DNA of 40,438 nucleotides from a bacterium (GCA_044868695.1 JBIOWP010000120.1:1-40438); one strand, 5' to 3'. Shown: positions 19,048 to 30,124, counted from the stretch's first letter. Made by a program: numbers and translations. Notes: generated by a model not told the origin, from the sequence alone.

Positions 19048-20352
19048 ATGGTGCTGAAGGTCCTGGTAGTGGGTTCCGGCGGTAGAGAGCACGCCCTGGC
19101 GTGGGCGCTCGCCCGGGATGGCGGAGTCGAGGTGTTCGCCGCACCGGGCAACCCCGGTATCGCTGCGGTCGGCCGGTGTCTCCCGGTGCCCACCACCGAT
19201 ATCCTCGCGCTCGCTGCGACCGCGTCCAACCTCGGCATCGACCTCACGGTGATCGGCCCTGAGGCACCCCTCGCGGCGGGGATCGCTGATGCGCTTGCCG
19301 CCCGCGGGCTCCGGGTCTTCGGTCCCACGGCCGCCGCCGCGCAGATCGAGGCAAGCAAGGTCTTCGCGAAACTCCTGATGCGCAAGTGGAGGATTCCCAC
19401 CGCGGACTTTGCAATTTTCGACACCCCCGCTGATGCAGTTGCGTTTGTCCGGCGCAGCGACGCACCGCTCGTCATCAAAGCAGACGGGCTGGCCGGCGGC
19501 AAAGGTGTCGTGGTCGCACAAACCGCGCAGGAGGCGGAGGCGGCTGTCGTCGACCTCATGGTCCGCCGGATCCATGGCGCCTCTGGCCTGCGGGTTGTGG
19601 TCGAAGAGTATCTGGAGGGCGAGGAAGCAAGCGTCATGGCTCTCGTGCGCGGGGAAGAGGTCTGGCCGATGCTCCCGGCGCGCGACTATAAGCGAGCCCG
19701 CGACGGCGACACCGGTCCCAATACCGGCGGCATGGGCGCAGTTGCTCCGGCGCCGCTGGCGCCGGAGCTGGTGGGCCGCGTGATGGATGAGATCCTGATG
19801 CCGACCGCGGCGGCGCTGGTCCGCGAAGACCGGCCCTACACCGGCGTGCTCTATGCGGGAGTCATGCTGACTGATCACGGCCCGAAAGCGCTGGAGTTCA
19901 ACTGCCGGTTCGGCGATCCCGAAACACAGGTGATCCTCCCGCTGCTGGAGGGATCGCTGGCTGAAGTGCTGCTTGACGCCTTAGGCGGGCGGCGCCCGTC
20001 ACTGGGCTGGTCGGAGCACGCCGCCGCCTGCGTCGTGCTGGCCTCAGAGGGATATCCAGGGCGGCATCGCACCGGGAGGGCCATCACTGGAGTGGCAGAT
20101 GTGCCGGCGGACGTCCGATTGTTTCACGCCGGGACCGCGGTCTCGCACGGGGCCCTCGTCACCGCCGGCGGCCGCGTCCTCAACATCGTGGGCACCGGCC
20201 CGACGATGGAGCGCGCGGTCAGCCGCGCGTACGCTGGGGTTGGGGCCGTGTCCTTCGAGGGGATGCAGTACCGCGCCGACATCGGGGCGACAGGCGCCGG
20301 CGATCGCCGTTCCGCGGTGGTCGCCATCTCTGGAGAGGTGACGGCATCATGA
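19048..20352 (+). CDS. purD: Phosphoribosylamine--glycine ligase
   Basis: KVLVVGSGGREHALA, KADGLAGGKGV, GPNTGGMGA, EFNCRFGDPETQ. Confidence 0.97.
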   Translation: MVLKVLVVGSGGREHALAWALARDGGVEVFAAPGNPGIAAVGRCLPVPTTDILALAATASNLGIDLTVIGPEAPLAAGIADALAARGLRVFGPTAAAAQIEASKVFAKLLMRKWRIPTADFAIFDTPADAVAFVRRSDAPLVIKADGLAGGKGVVVAQTAQEAEAAVVDLMVRRIHGASGLRVVVEEYLEGEEASVMALVRGEEVWPMLPARDYKRARDGDTGPNTGGMGAVAPAPLAPELVGRVMDEILMPTAAALVREDRPYTGVLYAGVMLTDHGPKALEFNCRFGDPETQVILPLLEGSLAEVLLDALGGRRPSLGWSEHAAACVVLASEGYPGRHRTGRAITGVADVPADVRLFHAGTAVSHGALVTAGGRVLNIVGTGPTMERAVSRAYAGVGAVSFEGMQYRADIGATGAGDRRSAVVAISGEVTAS

Positions 20353-20921
20353 CGTCAGAGTCCCCCTGGTCCCCGGTGGTCGCTATCGTGCTCGGCAGCG
20401 AATCCGATCGGCCGGTCATGGAGGAAGCTGTCCGCACCCTCGGCGAGTTTGGCGTCCAGGGAGAGGTCATTGTCGCTTCGGCTCACCGGTCGCCGGACCT
20501 GGTGGACCGGTACGCCCGATCGCTGGAGGAGCGGGGCATCCGCGTGGTCATCGCCGCGGCCGGCGGGGCCGCGCACCTGGCCGGCGCGCTGGCGGCCCGC
20601 ACGGCGATCCCCGTGATCGGCGTGCCGCTGGACGCTACGGGGTTGGGCGGACTCGACGCGCTCCTGTCCACGGTGCAAATGCCGCCGGGTGTGCCCGTGG
20701 CGACCGTATCGGTCGGCGCATGGGGGGCGCGCAACGCCGCCATTCTCGCGGTTCAGATGCTGGCGACCGGCGATGCCGGGCTGAGAGAGCGGCTGCGCGA
20801 GTTCAAAGCAACCATGGCGCGCCGCATAGAGGAGAAAACGGGATCAGGGACCAGGGACCAGGGACCGGACACAGCCCGCAGTAACTGGTCCCAGGTCCCC
20901 GGTCCCGGGTCCCGCGGTTGA
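20349..20921 (+). CDS. purE: N5-CAIR mutase PurE with repeat-derived C-terminal tail
   Basis: [38 protein letters not shown]. Confidence 0.96.
   Translation: MTSESPWSPVVAIVLGSESDRPVMEEAVRTLGEFGVQGEVIVASAHRSPDLVDRYARSLEERGIRVVIAAAGGAAHLAGALAARTAIPVIGVPLDATGLGGLDALLSTVQMPPGVPVATVSVGAWGARNAAILAVQMLATGDAGLRERLREFKATMARRIEEKTGSGTRDQGPDTARSNWSQVPGPGSRG
20840..20913. repeat. Inverted heptamer arrays (GGGACCA x4 / NGGTCCC x4) inside the purE 3' end
   Basis: gggatca gggacca gggacca gggaccg ... tggtccc aggtccc cggtccc gggtccc. Confidence 0.85.
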
Positions 20922-20931
20922 GGATGTCGCA

Positions 20932-22200
20932 ATGCCAGTAACGGCGATCGTCGGTGGTCACTGGGGCGATGAGGGGAAGGGCAAGGTTGTCGACGCCCTC
21001 GCGGCGGCGGCGGATCTGGTCATCCGCTACAACGGCGGCAACAACGCCGGCCACACCGTCGTCACCAGGCAGGGCGTGCTGCGCCTGCACCTGGTTCCCT
21101 CGGGGATTTCGCATCCGCACGTGGACTGTCTCATCGGGCCCGGTGTAGTGGTCAACCCGGAAGCGCTCTTCGACGAGATCGGCGCGCTGGAATCGGCCGG
21201 GATCTCGACCGCCCGGCTGCGGATCGCAGACCGCGCCCATCTCGTATTTCCATTCCACGTCGAGTTGGACACACGAATGGAGGATCTTCGCGGCGCGAAG
21301 GCGCACGGCACCACCCGGCGGGGCATCTGGCCGGTCTATGCCGACAAAGCTGCGCGCGCGGGGATCCGTGCGGGCGACCTCCTCGAACCGCAGTTTCTCC
21401 GGGAGCGGCTGGAGGAGACCGCCCGGCGCGCCTCGCTGGCCCTGGGCCGGACCGTCGATGCCGCCGGCCTGGCGGCACAGTGTGCGCAGTGGACGCCGCG
21501 CCTCGCGCCGCTGCTGGTAGATTCCCACCGCCTCGTCCAGGAGGCCCTCCGCCGTGACGCGGCGATTCTGCTGGAAGGCCACCTCGGCGTGATGCGGGAC
21601 CTGGACTGGGGTGTCTATCCGTACGTCACGTCCTCTACCTGTCTGCCCGGCGGCGCCTGTGCCGGCGCCGGCATCCCGCCGCAGCGGATCACCCGCGTGC
21701 TTGGCGTCGTGAAGGCGTACACGACGGCCGTCGGGGCCGGCCCCATGCCCACGGAGCTGGCGGACGGCACCGGAGCGCTGCTGCGCGAACGCGGCCAGGA
21801 GTACGGCACCTCGACCAACCGGCCGCGTCGATGCGGGTGGTTTGATGGGGTCGCGGCGCGGTACGCGGCAGAAGTCGCCGGGTTCACGGACCTGGCGGTG
21901 ATGAAACTCGACGTGCTCGACGGGTTTGAGACGGTAAAACTCTGCGTGGCGTATCGCGATGGGACGCGCATGCTCGATACGGTGCCGCACACCGCCGTGA
22001 TGGAGCGGCTGGAACCGGTCTACGAGGCGCTGCCGGGCTGGCCGCGGACGAGCGACGCGCGAACCATCGACGAACTGCCCGACGAGGCCCGCGCGTTCCT
22101 GGACCGCATCGAACTGTGCACGGGCGTGCCGGTGTCGATGGCCGGCGTCGGGCGGGACAGAGAAGCGCTGATCCTGCGGGACCTGGAGGTCGTCGCGTGA
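20932..22200 (+). CDS. purA: Adenylosuccinate synthetase (divergent motifs)
   Basis: WGDEGKGK, GGNNAGHT, YPYVTSS, KAYTTAVGAGP, RPRRCGWFD, KLDVL. Confidence 0.94.
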   Translation: MPVTAIVGGHWGDEGKGKVVDALAAAADLVIRYNGGNNAGHTVVTRQGVLRLHLVPSGISHPHVDCLIGPGVVVNPEALFDEIGALESAGISTARLRIADRAHLVFPFHVELDTRMEDLRGAKAHGTTRRGIWPVYADKAARAGIRAGDLLEPQFLRERLEETARRASLALGRTVDAAGLAAQCAQWTPRLAPLLVDSHRLVQEALRRDAAILLEGHLGVMRDLDWGVYPYVTSSTCLPGGACAGAGIPPQRITRVLGVVKAYTTAVGAGPMPTELADGTGALLRERGQEYGTSTNRPRRCGWFDGVAARYAAEVAGFTDLAVMKLDVLDGFETVKLCVAYRDGTRMLDTVPHTAVMERLEPVYEALPGWPRTSDARTIDELPDEARAFLDRIELCTGVPVSMAGVGRDREALILRDLEVVA

Positions 22201-23564
22201 TCGACCGGTACACGACCCCTGAAATGAAGCAGCTCTGGTCACCCGAGGCCAAATTCGCGATCTGGTTGGAGATCGAGCTGCTCGCCTGTGAAGCCCAGGC
22301 GCAGCTGGGGGTGGTCCCCGACGAGGCCGCGCGGCGTCTGCGCGCGACGGCGCGGGTCGGGACGCCGGAACGGATCGACGAGATCGAGCGGACGCAGACG
22401 CAGCACGACGTCGTGGCCTTCCTGCGGTCTGTGGCCGAGCTCACCGGGCCGGATGCGCGGTACCTGCACCTGGGGTTGGGCTCCTCGGATGTTGTGGACA
22501 CCGCGCTTTCGGTGCTCATGGTCCGCGCCGCCGGTCTGCTCCTGGCCGAAGCCCAAACCGTCGCTGGGGCGCTGGCGGTCCTGGCCGACACACACCGATA
22601 CACCGTAATGGCGGGCCGGACCCACGGCATGGTCGCCGAACCGATCTCGTTCGGCCTTAAGGCCGCGCTGTGGCTGGAGGAGGTCCGCCGCGGCAGTGAG
22701 CGGCTGGAGGGCGCCCGCCGGCAGATCGCGGTCGGGAAGGTTTCCGGCGAGGTCGGGACCTACGCCCATCTCGACCCCGCGGTCGAAGCGCACGTGTGCC
22801 GCGCGCTGGGGCTGACGCCGGCGCGCATCTCGTCCCAGATCATCCAGCGAGACCGCCACGCGGAGTACCTCGCCGCGATCGCGCTCCTCGGCGGCTCCCT
22901 GGAGAAAATCGCCACGGAGATCCGCGCGCTCGCGCGCAGCGAGGTGGCTGAGGTGGCGGAGCCGTTCCTGTCCGGCCAAACCGGCTCGTCGGCGATGCCC
23001 CACAAGCGCAACCCGATCCTGTGTGAGCGTGTCAGCGGGCTCGCGCGCGTCCTCCGCGGATACGCGCTGGCGGGTCTGGAGGACCAGGCGCTGTGGGGCG
23101 AGCGGGACATCTCCCACTCGTCCGTCGAGCGCATCGCCGTGCCCGGCGCCTCCGCACTCCTGCACTACATGCTGCGCAAGATGGCCTTCGTGCTCCAGGG
23201 GCTGCGGGTGTTTCCCGACGCGATGCGCGCGAACCTGGACCGCACAGGGGGACTGGTGTTCAGCCATCGCGTCCTGCTCGCGCTGGTCGACCGGGGGCTC
23301 ACCCGCGACGAGGCCTACGCGGTTGTGCAGGCTGCGGCGACGGAGGCACACGAGGGACGGGCATCGTTCCGGGACGCGCTGTTGGAGAGCGGCCGCCTGA
23401 CGACCCAGGAACTGACCCGGTTGTTCGATGACGCGTACTACCTGCGGTACGTCGACGCCATCCTGGAGCGGGTGGGGATTCCCCGTCCGTCTGTCATTGC
23501 GAGGAGCGAAGCGACGAAGCAATCTCCGGCGCACGAGGAGATTGCTTCGAGGAGGCGAGGATGA
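22197..23564 (+). CDS. purB: Adenylosuccinate lyase with repeat-derived C-terminal tail
   Basis: (M)IDRYT, HDVVAF, GRTHG, GSSAMPHKRNP, ERDISHSSVER; GTGA overlap with purA. Confidence 0.96.
   Translation: MIDRYTTPEMKQLWSPEAKFAIWLEIELLACEAQAQLGVVPDEAARRLRATARVGTPERIDEIERTQTQHDVVAFLRSVAELTGPDARYLHLGLGSSDVVDTALSVLMVRAAGLLLAEAQTVAGALAVLADTHRYTVMAGRTHGMVAEPISFGLKAALWLEEVRRGSERLEGARRQIAVGKVSGEVGTYAHLDPAVEAHVCRALGLTPARISSQIIQRDRHAEYLAAIALLGGSLEKIATEIRALARSEVAEVAEPFLSGQTGSSAMPHKRNPILCERVSGLARVLRGYALAGLEDQALWGERDISHSSVERIAVPGASALLHYMLRKMAFVLQGLRVFPDAMRANLDRTGGLVFSHRVLLALVDRGLTRDEAYAVVQAAATEAHEGRASFRDALLESGRLTTQELTRLFDDAYYLRYVDAILERVGIPRPSVIARSEATKQSPAHEEIASRRRG
23492..23549 (+). repeat. Palindromic dispersed-repeat element translated as the purB C-terminus
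   Basis: TGTCATTGCGAGGAGCGAAGCGACGAAGCAATCTCC...GGAGATTGCTTCG; perfect 13-bp stem 23515-23527/23537-23549; encodes VIARSEATKQS. Confidence 0.8.
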
Positions 23565-24475
23565 TCGTGCTCGAGACGTCCCTGCCGCTTCCTCTTTATG
23601 TACGCGGCAAGGTGCGCGACGTGTACGAGGTGGACGGCGGCCTGCTGATCGTTGCGACCGATCGGATCTCCGCATTCGACCACGTGCTGCCCACGCCCGT
23701 CCCGGACAAGGGACGCGTCCTGACCGCCCTCTCGGCATTCTGGTTCAGCCGCACCGAGGGCATCGTGCCCAACCACATGGTCACGGCGGACCCCTCGGAC
23801 ATCGCGGCCGCGGCGGCGCTTCCCTCCGATGACGTATCTGCGATCGCCGGCCGGGCCATGCTGGTGCGGCGGTGCCGGCGGATTGATGTGGAGTGCGTCG
23901 TCCGAGGCTATCTCACCGGCTCGGCCTGGGACGAGTACCGCAGCAGCGGGAGGGTCGCGGGTCTGGCGCTCCCCGACGGGTTGCGCAACGGCGACCCGCT
24001 CAGCGAGCCGATCTTTACGCCGGCCACCAAAGCCGCCTCGGGACACGACGAGAACATCACTTACCCGCGCCTCGTGGAGATTGTGGGCGAACACGTCGCC
24101 TGGGACCTGAAGGAGGCCAGCGTCCTACTGTACCGGTTTGCGGCCGCGCACGCCGCGCAGCGCGGGCTGATGCTGGCAGACACGAAATTCGAGTTCGGCC
24201 GCCACGACGGCCGGCTGGTCCTGATCGACGAGGCGTTGACGCCCGATTCCTCGAGGTACTGGGACGCCGCCGCGTATCCGGAGCGCCTCGTGCCGTTCGA
24301 CAAGCAGTACGTACGGGATTACCTGAATGCCATCGCCTGGAATCACGAACCGCCCGCTCCCGCGCTGCCGCCCGACGTGGTCGAGGCGACGCGCCAGCGG
24401 TATCTGGAGACCTATCGGCGGCTGACCGGCCGGCTGGAGGTGCCATGGGGACCGTCACCATCGTCGTCACGCTGA
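23561..24475 (+). CDS. purC: SAICAR synthetase
   Basis: GKVRDVY, ATDRISAFD, ECVVRGYLTGS, ADTKFEFG, DEALTPDSSRYW, DKQYVRD. Confidence 0.97.
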   Translation: MIVLETSLPLPLYVRGKVRDVYEVDGGLLIVATDRISAFDHVLPTPVPDKGRVLTALSAFWFSRTEGIVPNHMVTADPSDIAAAAALPSDDVSAIAGRAMLVRRCRRIDVECVVRGYLTGSAWDEYRSSGRVAGLALPDGLRNGDPLSEPIFTPATKAASGHDENITYPRLVEIVGEHVAWDLKEASVLLYRFAAAHAAQRGLMLADTKFEFGRHDGRLVLIDEALTPDSSRYWDAAAYPERLVPFDKQYVRDYLNAIAWNHEPPAPALPPDVVEATRQRYLETYRRLTGRLEVPWGPSPSSSR

Positions 24476-24672
24476 AGCCGGGCGTCCTCGACGCGCAGGG
24501 ACAGGCCGTCCACCAGGGGCTGCGGGCGCTCGGGTATGAAGATGTGTCCCAGGTCCGGATCGGCCGGTACATCGAGATGATGGTGGCAGACAGCGTCCCC
24601 CCTGAGGAGATCCAGGCTATGTGCGAACGCTTCCTGGCCAATCCGCTCATCGAGGAGTGGCAGGTGCGCTGA
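24445..24672 (+). CDS. purS: FGAM synthase subunit PurS
   Basis: [41 protein letters not shown] before ATG 24445. Confidence 0.94.
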   Translation: MGTVTIVVTLKPGVLDAQGQAVHQGLRALGYEDVSQVRIGRYIEMMVADSVPPEEIQAMCERFLANPLIEEWQVR

Positions 24673-25394
24673 TGCGATTCGGCGTCGTCGTCTTCCCGGG
24701 CAGCAACTGCGACCGTGACTGCGTCCACGTGCTCCGCGTGGTGCTGGGCCAGGAGGTGGAAGAAGTGTGGCATGCCGAGCGGACCGTCGACGGTCTCGAC
24801 GCGATCGTCCTGCCCGGCGGCTTCGCGCACGGAGACTACCTGCGGGCCGGGGCGGTAGCGGCCCGGGCGCCGGTGATGCCCGCGGTTCGAGCGTTCGCGC
24901 AGGCCGGCGGGCCTGTGCTGGGCATCTGCAACGGATTTCAGATCCTACTGGAGGCCGGTCTGCTTCCCGGCGCCATGCTGCGCAATCATCACTCCCGCTT
25001 CCGGTGCGTCCCGGTGCACATCCGCGTCGAGTCCACGCGCACAGCCTTTACGAGGGTGCTGGCGGAGGGGCAGGTGCTCGCCATGCCGATCGCCCACGGC
25101 GAGGGCAACTTCTTCGCGCCCGGCCCCCTGCTGGGGACGATCGAGGAAGCCGGACAGGTGGTCTTCCGGTACTGCGACCGGCACGGGCGCGTCCTGCCGG
25201 ACGCCAACCCCAACGGGTCGATCCGGGGCATTGCCGGCGTGTGCAATCCCAAAGGGAATGTCGTGGGACTGATGCCGCATCCGGAACGCGCCTCGGAAGC
25301 GATCTTGGGATCCACGGACGGGCGCGCGCTGTTTGAGTCCGCCGTGTCGTGGCTCCGGGACCGCCGCCCGGTGGCCGCGGGGTACCAGGGATGA
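24672..25394 (+). CDS. purQ: FGAM synthase glutaminase subunit PurQ
   Basis: [46 protein letters not shown] overlap. Confidence 0.97.
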   Translation: MRFGVVVFPGSNCDRDCVHVLRVVLGQEVEEVWHAERTVDGLDAIVLPGGFAHGDYLRAGAVAARAPVMPAVRAFAQAGGPVLGICNGFQILLEAGLLPGAMLRNHHSRFRCVPVHIRVESTRTAFTRVLAEGQVLAMPIAHGEGNFFAPGPLLGTIEEAGQVVFRYCDRHGRVLPDANPNGSIRGIAGVCNPKGNVVGLMPHPERASEAILGSTDGRALFESAVSWLRDRRPVAAGYQG

Positions 25395-27577
25395 TTGAGT
25401 CTCCGCTGGCGCCGGCGTCTGTCGGCCTCACCCGCGCGGAATACGAAGAGATCCGGCGCCGGCTCGGCCGCGAACCGTCTCCAATCGAGCTGCGCATGTT
25501 CGGCGTCATGTGGTCCGAGCACTGCGGGTACAAGCACTCGAAGGCGGTGCTGGAACTCCTCCCCGCCGACGGCCGCCGCCTGCTCCAGGGGCCCGGGGAG
25601 AATGCCGGCGTGCTCGATATCGGCGATGGGTGGGCCGTGGCCTTCAAGATGGAAAGTCACAATCACCCGAGCGCGGTCGATCCGTTCAACGGCGCCGCGA
25701 CCGGCGTCGGCGGCATCATTCGCGACATTCTCTCCATGGGCGCGCGTCCGATCGCCCTGATGGACTCGCTGCGGTTCGGTCCGCTGGACGATCCGCCGTC
25801 CTGGCGGCAGGCGGCCGGTGTCGTCGCCGGCATTGCGGCCTATGGCAACTGCATCGGCATCCCCACGGTCGCCGGAGAGCTGGTCACGCACGCCGGGTAC
25901 CGCGGCATGCCGCTGGTCAACGTGGGGTGTCTAGGGCTGCTCCGCCGCGATGAGATCGCCCGCTCCCGCGCTGCGGGTCCCGGCAACCCCGTGCTGCTCG
26001 TGGGGGCGCGCACGGGTCGCGACGGCATCGGCGGCGCGGCCTTCGCCTCCGAGGGGCTCGACGCCGGATCCGAGCGCGAGGACCGTGCTTCGGTGCAGAT
26101 CGGCGACCCCTTCGCCGGCAAGCTCCTCATCGAGGCCACGCTGGACGCGCTGCGCTGTGGGGACGTCGTGGCCGTGCAGGACCTCGGCGCGGCGGGATTG
26201 ACCTGCGCGGTGAGCGAGACGGCGGCCCGCGGGGGCGTCGGGATGAGCATCGAGCTCGCGACCGTGCCGCTGCGCGAGCGCGCGATGCGCACCGACGAGA
26301 TCCTGCTGTCCGAGTCGCAGGAGCGCATGCTGCTGGTGGTGCAGCGTGGCGCGGAGGGCCGGGTCGCCGCGCTCTTCGAACGCTGGGGACTCCATGCCGC
26401 CGTCGTCGGCGAAGTGACCGCAGAACCGATCCTGACCGTTCGCCATGACGGCGACGTGATGGCGTCGCTGCCACCCTACGCTCTGGCGGAGGCCCCGGTG
26501 TACCGGCCTGCGGCCCGGGAGCCGGCCGGTCTTCGCGCGCGATGGACGATGCCCGAGATTCCCACCGTCGATCCGGCCCGCGCGCTGTTGACCCTGCTGT
26601 CCGCGCCCGGCATTGCCAGCAAGCGCGCGGTCTTCGAGCAGTACGACCACATGGTGCAGCTACGGACCGTCGTGGTTCCAGGAGACGCCGATGCGGCCGT
26701 CCTCCGCCTGCCGGAGGCCGAACCCAAAGGGATCGCCGTGGCATGCGACGGCGACGGCCGGCTGGTGAGTCTTGATCCCTACCGGGGCGCCCGGCGGGCG
26801 GTCGCGGAAGCGGCGGCCAACTTGGCCTGCGTAGGGGCGGCCCCGTTGGGCATCACCGACTGTCTCAACTTCGGCAGCCCGGAACATCCGGATGTCTTCT
26901 GGACCTTCCGCCACGCGGTCGCCGGCATCGCCGACGCCTGCCGCGCGCTGAAAGTTCCGGTGGTTGGGGGCAACGTGTCCTTCTACAACGAATCGCCGGA
27001 CGGACCGGTCCTCCCCACGCCGGTGGTCGCGATGGTCGGCCTGCTGACCGATTCGTCCCGCATCTGCCGCGCCGCCTTCCGCACCGCGGGCGACGTCATC
27101 GCGTTGGTCGGGCGGCTCGATCCCGACCTCGCGGCCAGCACCTACCTCCTGGCCGTGCATGGGCTCGATGGGGGTCGTCCGTTGGACGTCGACTTCGACT
27201 TTCACCAGCGTGTGCTGGACGTTGTGCGGTCCGCGGTGGCGCAGGCGTGGCTGTCCTCCGCCCACGACTGCGGCGACGGGGGCGCGGCGGTGGCGCTGGC
27301 AGAATGCGCCCTCCTCGGCGGGGTCGGCGCCGCGGTCACGCTGCCCGCCGCGTCGACGACCGACGCGGCGCTGTTCGGTGAGGCGCCGTCGCGATTCATC
27401 CTCTCGCTGCCGGAGTCACGGCTCGGCGACCTGCAGGCGTCGGCCGCCGCGCAGGCCGTCCCCCTGACCATCCTCGGCCGCACCGGTGGCGAGAGACTGC
27501 GGATTGCGCAGGCCGGCATTGATCTTCCTCTGCAAGACCTCACTGCCGCATACGACTCGTTGGCGAGCGTCTTATGA
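25391..27577 (+). CDS. purL: FGAM synthase subunit PurL (small form)
   Basis: [45 protein letters not shown]. Confidence 0.97.
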   Translation: MIESPLAPASVGLTRAEYEEIRRRLGREPSPIELRMFGVMWSEHCGYKHSKAVLELLPADGRRLLQGPGENAGVLDIGDGWAVAFKMESHNHPSAVDPFNGAATGVGGIIRDILSMGARPIALMDSLRFGPLDDPPSWRQAAGVVAGIAAYGNCIGIPTVAGELVTHAGYRGMPLVNVGCLGLLRRDEIARSRAAGPGNPVLLVGARTGRDGIGGAAFASEGLDAGSEREDRASVQIGDPFAGKLLIEATLDALRCGDVVAVQDLGAAGLTCAVSETAARGGVGMSIELATVPLRERAMRTDEILLSESQERMLLVVQRGAEGRVAALFERWGLHAAVVGEVTAEPILTVRHDGDVMASLPPYALAEAPVYRPAAREPAGLRARWTMPEIPTVDPARALLTLLSAPGIASKRAVFEQYDHMVQLRTVVVPGDADAAVLRLPEAEPKGIAVACDGDGRLVSLDPYRGARRAVAEAAANLACVGAAPLGITDCLNFGSPEHPDVFWTFRHAVAGIADACRALKVPVVGGNVSFYNESPDGPVLPTPVVAMVGLLTDSSRICRAAFRTAGDVIALVGRLDPDLAASTYLLAVHGLDGGRPLDVDFDFHQRVLDVVRSAVAQAWLSSAHDCGDGGAAVALAECALLGGVGAAVTLPAASTTDAALFGEAPSRFILSLPESRLGDLQASAAAQAVPLTILGRTGGERLRIAQAGIDLPLQDLTAAYDSLASVL

Positions 27578-29103
27578 AGATGTCGCGTTCCCGCGCTCTG
27601 CCCCGAGCTCGCGAAGCGGGCGTGGGGGGTCCCGCGTTCCCGGGTTCCCTCGCGGAGGCCGACGGTCTCCGCGAGGAGTGCGGCGTGCTGGGCATCGCCA
27701 GTGGTGACGGACCCGCCGCGCCGATGGCGCACCTGGGACTGTACTCCCTCCAGCACCGCGGGCAGGAGAGCGCGGGCATCGCCACCAGCGACGGCGGTCG
27801 CCTGTGGCACCACCGTGGGATGGGACTGGTGTTCCAGGTGTTTGACCGCGAGCGGATCGCCCAGCTCCCCGGCCATCTGGCCATCGGGCACGTCCGGTAT
27901 TCCACGATGGGGTCTGTGAGCCTGGAGAACGCGCAGCCGCTTGTGGTACCCTCGCCGTGGGGTCCCCTCGCGCTCGCCCACAACGGAAACCTCATCAACG
28001 CGCCCCGGCTGCGGGCAGATCTGGAAGCCGCAGGGGTGACGTTCATCGGCACCACCGACAGCGAAGTGATCGCCCAGCTGATCGCGCGCGCGCCGGCGCC
28101 GACGGTGGAAGAAGGGATCGCCGTGGCCATGCGGCGGCTCGAGGGCGCGTATACGATCACCGTCCTCGTCGCCGGCAAGGTCTTGGGATTCCGCGACGCG
28201 CATGCGATCCGGCCGCTGGTCCTGGGCACCACCGGCCGCACCTGGATCCTCGCGTCCGAGAGCTGCGCCTTCGACCATCTCGGCGCGGTCACGGTCCGGG
28301 ACGTGGATCCCGGTGAACTCGTGGTCCTCGAAGGCGGTGGTCTTCGCTCCATCCCCGTGCTGCCCCCGGGCCGCACGGCGCAGTGCGTCTTTGAGTATAT
28401 CTACTTCGCGCGGCCGGACACCGTCCTGGCCGGGCGGAACGTACACCTCGCCCGCCGGCGGATGGGCCGCATCCTGGCCCGGGAGCATCCCTCGCGCGCC
28501 GACGTCGTCATTCCCGTCCCCGATTCGGGCGCGTCGGCCGCCATGGGATTTGCCGAAGCCGCTGGGATCCCGTTTGAGGTCGGCCTGATCAAGAACCGCT
28601 ATATCGGCCGGACGTTCATCCAGCCTGACCAGGCCACCCGGGACTTCGGCATGCGGCTGAAGCTCAATCCGCTGCGCGAGGTCCTCGACGGGCGGCGGGT
28701 GGTGCTCGTGGACGATTCGATCGTCCGGGGCACAACCAGCGGCAAGATCGTGGGCATGCTCCGGGCCGCGGGCGCGACCGAGGTGCACGTGCGGATCTCG
28801 TCGCCACCCATCCGCTTCCCCTGCTTTTATGGGATCGATACCAGCAGCCGTGGTGAGCTGGTCGCCGCCTCGCACAGCATCGAGGACATCCGCGCGCTCA
28901 TCGGGGCGGACTCACTCGGCTACTTGAGCCAGGCCGGTCTGGTCGAGGGGCTGCAGCTCGCGACCGAGCAGCTGTGCATGGCGTGTCTGGACGGCCGCTA
29001 CCCGACGCGCGTTCCGGTGGAGGCGTTGGCCGGCCGCCATGCTCTGGAGGCGCTGGGCCCGGTTCCGCGGGAGGGCGCGCTGACGGGGGTGGACGATGTC
29101 TGA
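27574..29103 (+). CDS. purF: Amidophosphoribosyltransferase (propeptide, Fe-S type)
   Basis: REECGV cleavage site, [24 protein letters not shown], Fe-S cysteines (CVFE, PCFYG, CMAC). Confidence 0.96.
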   Translation: MKMSRSRALPRAREAGVGGPAFPGSLAEADGLREECGVLGIASGDGPAAPMAHLGLYSLQHRGQESAGIATSDGGRLWHHRGMGLVFQVFDRERIAQLPGHLAIGHVRYSTMGSVSLENAQPLVVPSPWGPLALAHNGNLINAPRLRADLEAAGVTFIGTTDSEVIAQLIARAPAPTVEEGIAVAMRRLEGAYTITVLVAGKVLGFRDAHAIRPLVLGTTGRTWILASESCAFDHLGAVTVRDVDPGELVVLEGGGLRSIPVLPPGRTAQCVFEYIYFARPDTVLAGRNVHLARRRMGRILAREHPSRADVVIPVPDSGASAAMGFAEAAGIPFEVGLIKNRYIGRTFIQPDQATRDFGMRLKLNPLREVLDGRRVVLVDDSIVRGTTSGKIVGMLRAAGATEVHVRISSPPIRFPCFYGIDTSSRGELVAASHSIEDIRALIGADSLGYLSQAGLVEGLQLATEQLCMACLDGRYPTRVPVEALAGRHALEALGPVPREGALTGVDDV

Positions 29104-30124
29104 CGGTCCGCTGACCTACCGCAGCTCGGGCGTGGATCGGGCTGCCGTTCACGGCACGCTGGAATCGCTCCATGCGCGCATCCGCGAGACCTTCAACGCG
29201 CACGTGGTCGGCGACGTCGGACATTTCGGGGGGCTGTTCCATCTCAGCGGGTATCGTGATCCGGTGCTCGTGTCGTCCATCGACGGCGTCGGCACCAAAG
29301 TGCTGCTGGCCCGCCACGCGGGCCGCCTCGCGGGCGTGGGACACGACGCGGTCGTGCACGGCGTGAACGATGTGGCGGTGCTGGGCGCGGTGCCGCTGTT
29401 CGCGCTGGACTATGTCGCCGCCGCCACCCTGGACCCCGCCGACCTGGCCGCGCTTGTCGACGGAATGGCCGTGGCCTGCCGTGAGGAAGGGGTGGCGCTG
29501 CTCGGCGGGGAGACTGCCCAGATGCCGGGCGTGTACACCGACGCCGGCATGGATGTCGTCGCCTGCGTGATGGGTGTGGTCGATCGGAGTGCCATCCATG
29601 ACGGTTCTACGATCCGCAGAGGCGATGCCGTGGTGGGGCTCGCGTCAGGGGGGCTGCATACGAATGGGTTTACCCTCGTCCGGGCGGTGATGCACCGGAG
29701 CGGATGGACGCTGGACACTGTGCTCCCGGAGCTCGGGGTCCCGCTCGCGGATGCGCTGCTGTCTCCACACCGGTCGTACCGCCGGGCGTTGCGGGCGCTC
29801 GCCGGAGCCGGCTGGCTGCGCGGCGCGGCGCATATCACCGGGGGAGGGCTGCCGGCCAACCTCGTGCGGATTCTTCCCCGGTCTTGCCGTGCCCGGGTTG
29901 CGACGGCCTCGTGGCCGGTCCCGCCGGTCTTCGACGTCTTCGGACGCGGCGGGCGGATCGCAAGAGACGAGATGTTTGCCACGTTCAACATGGGGGTCGG
30001 GCTTGCGGCGGTCGTGCCCGCCGACCGGGCCGGCCTGGCACTCGACATCTGCCGGGCGAATGGCGCTGAGGGATGGATCATCGGCGAAGTCGTGGCGGGC
30101 GAGCGGGGAGTCGACCTTCTATGA
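29096..30124 (+). CDS. purM: AIR synthetase
   Basis: TYRSSGVD, DGVGTK, GGETAQMPG, SGGLHTNGF, AHITGGG, TFNMGVG. Confidence 0.97.
   Translation: MSDGPLTYRSSGVDRAAVHGTLESLHARIRETFNAHVVGDVGHFGGLFHLSGYRDPVLVSSIDGVGTKVLLARHAGRLAGVGHDAVVHGVNDVAVLGAVPLFALDYVAAATLDPADLAALVDGMAVACREEGVALLGGETAQMPGVYTDAGMDVVACVMGVVDRSAIHDGSTIRRGDAVVGLASGGLHTNGFTLVRAVMHRSGWTLDTVLPELGVPLADALLSPHRSYRRALRALAGAGWLRGAAHITGGGLPANLVRILPRSCRARVATASWPVPPVFDVFGRGGRIARDEMFATFNMGVGLAAVVPADRAGLALDICRANGAEGWIIGEVVAGERGVDLL

Noticed and set aside
20932..22200. PurZ (Z-base synthesis)
   Set aside because: Catalytic Asp in GDEGKG is retained and the context is a chromosomal pur operon with no phage genes.
27574..27680. Repeat origin for the long PurF propeptide; also a weak hairpin in the ligase tail (12384-12417)
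   Set aside because: Periodicity and pairing are too degenerate to separate from chance in GC-rich DNA.
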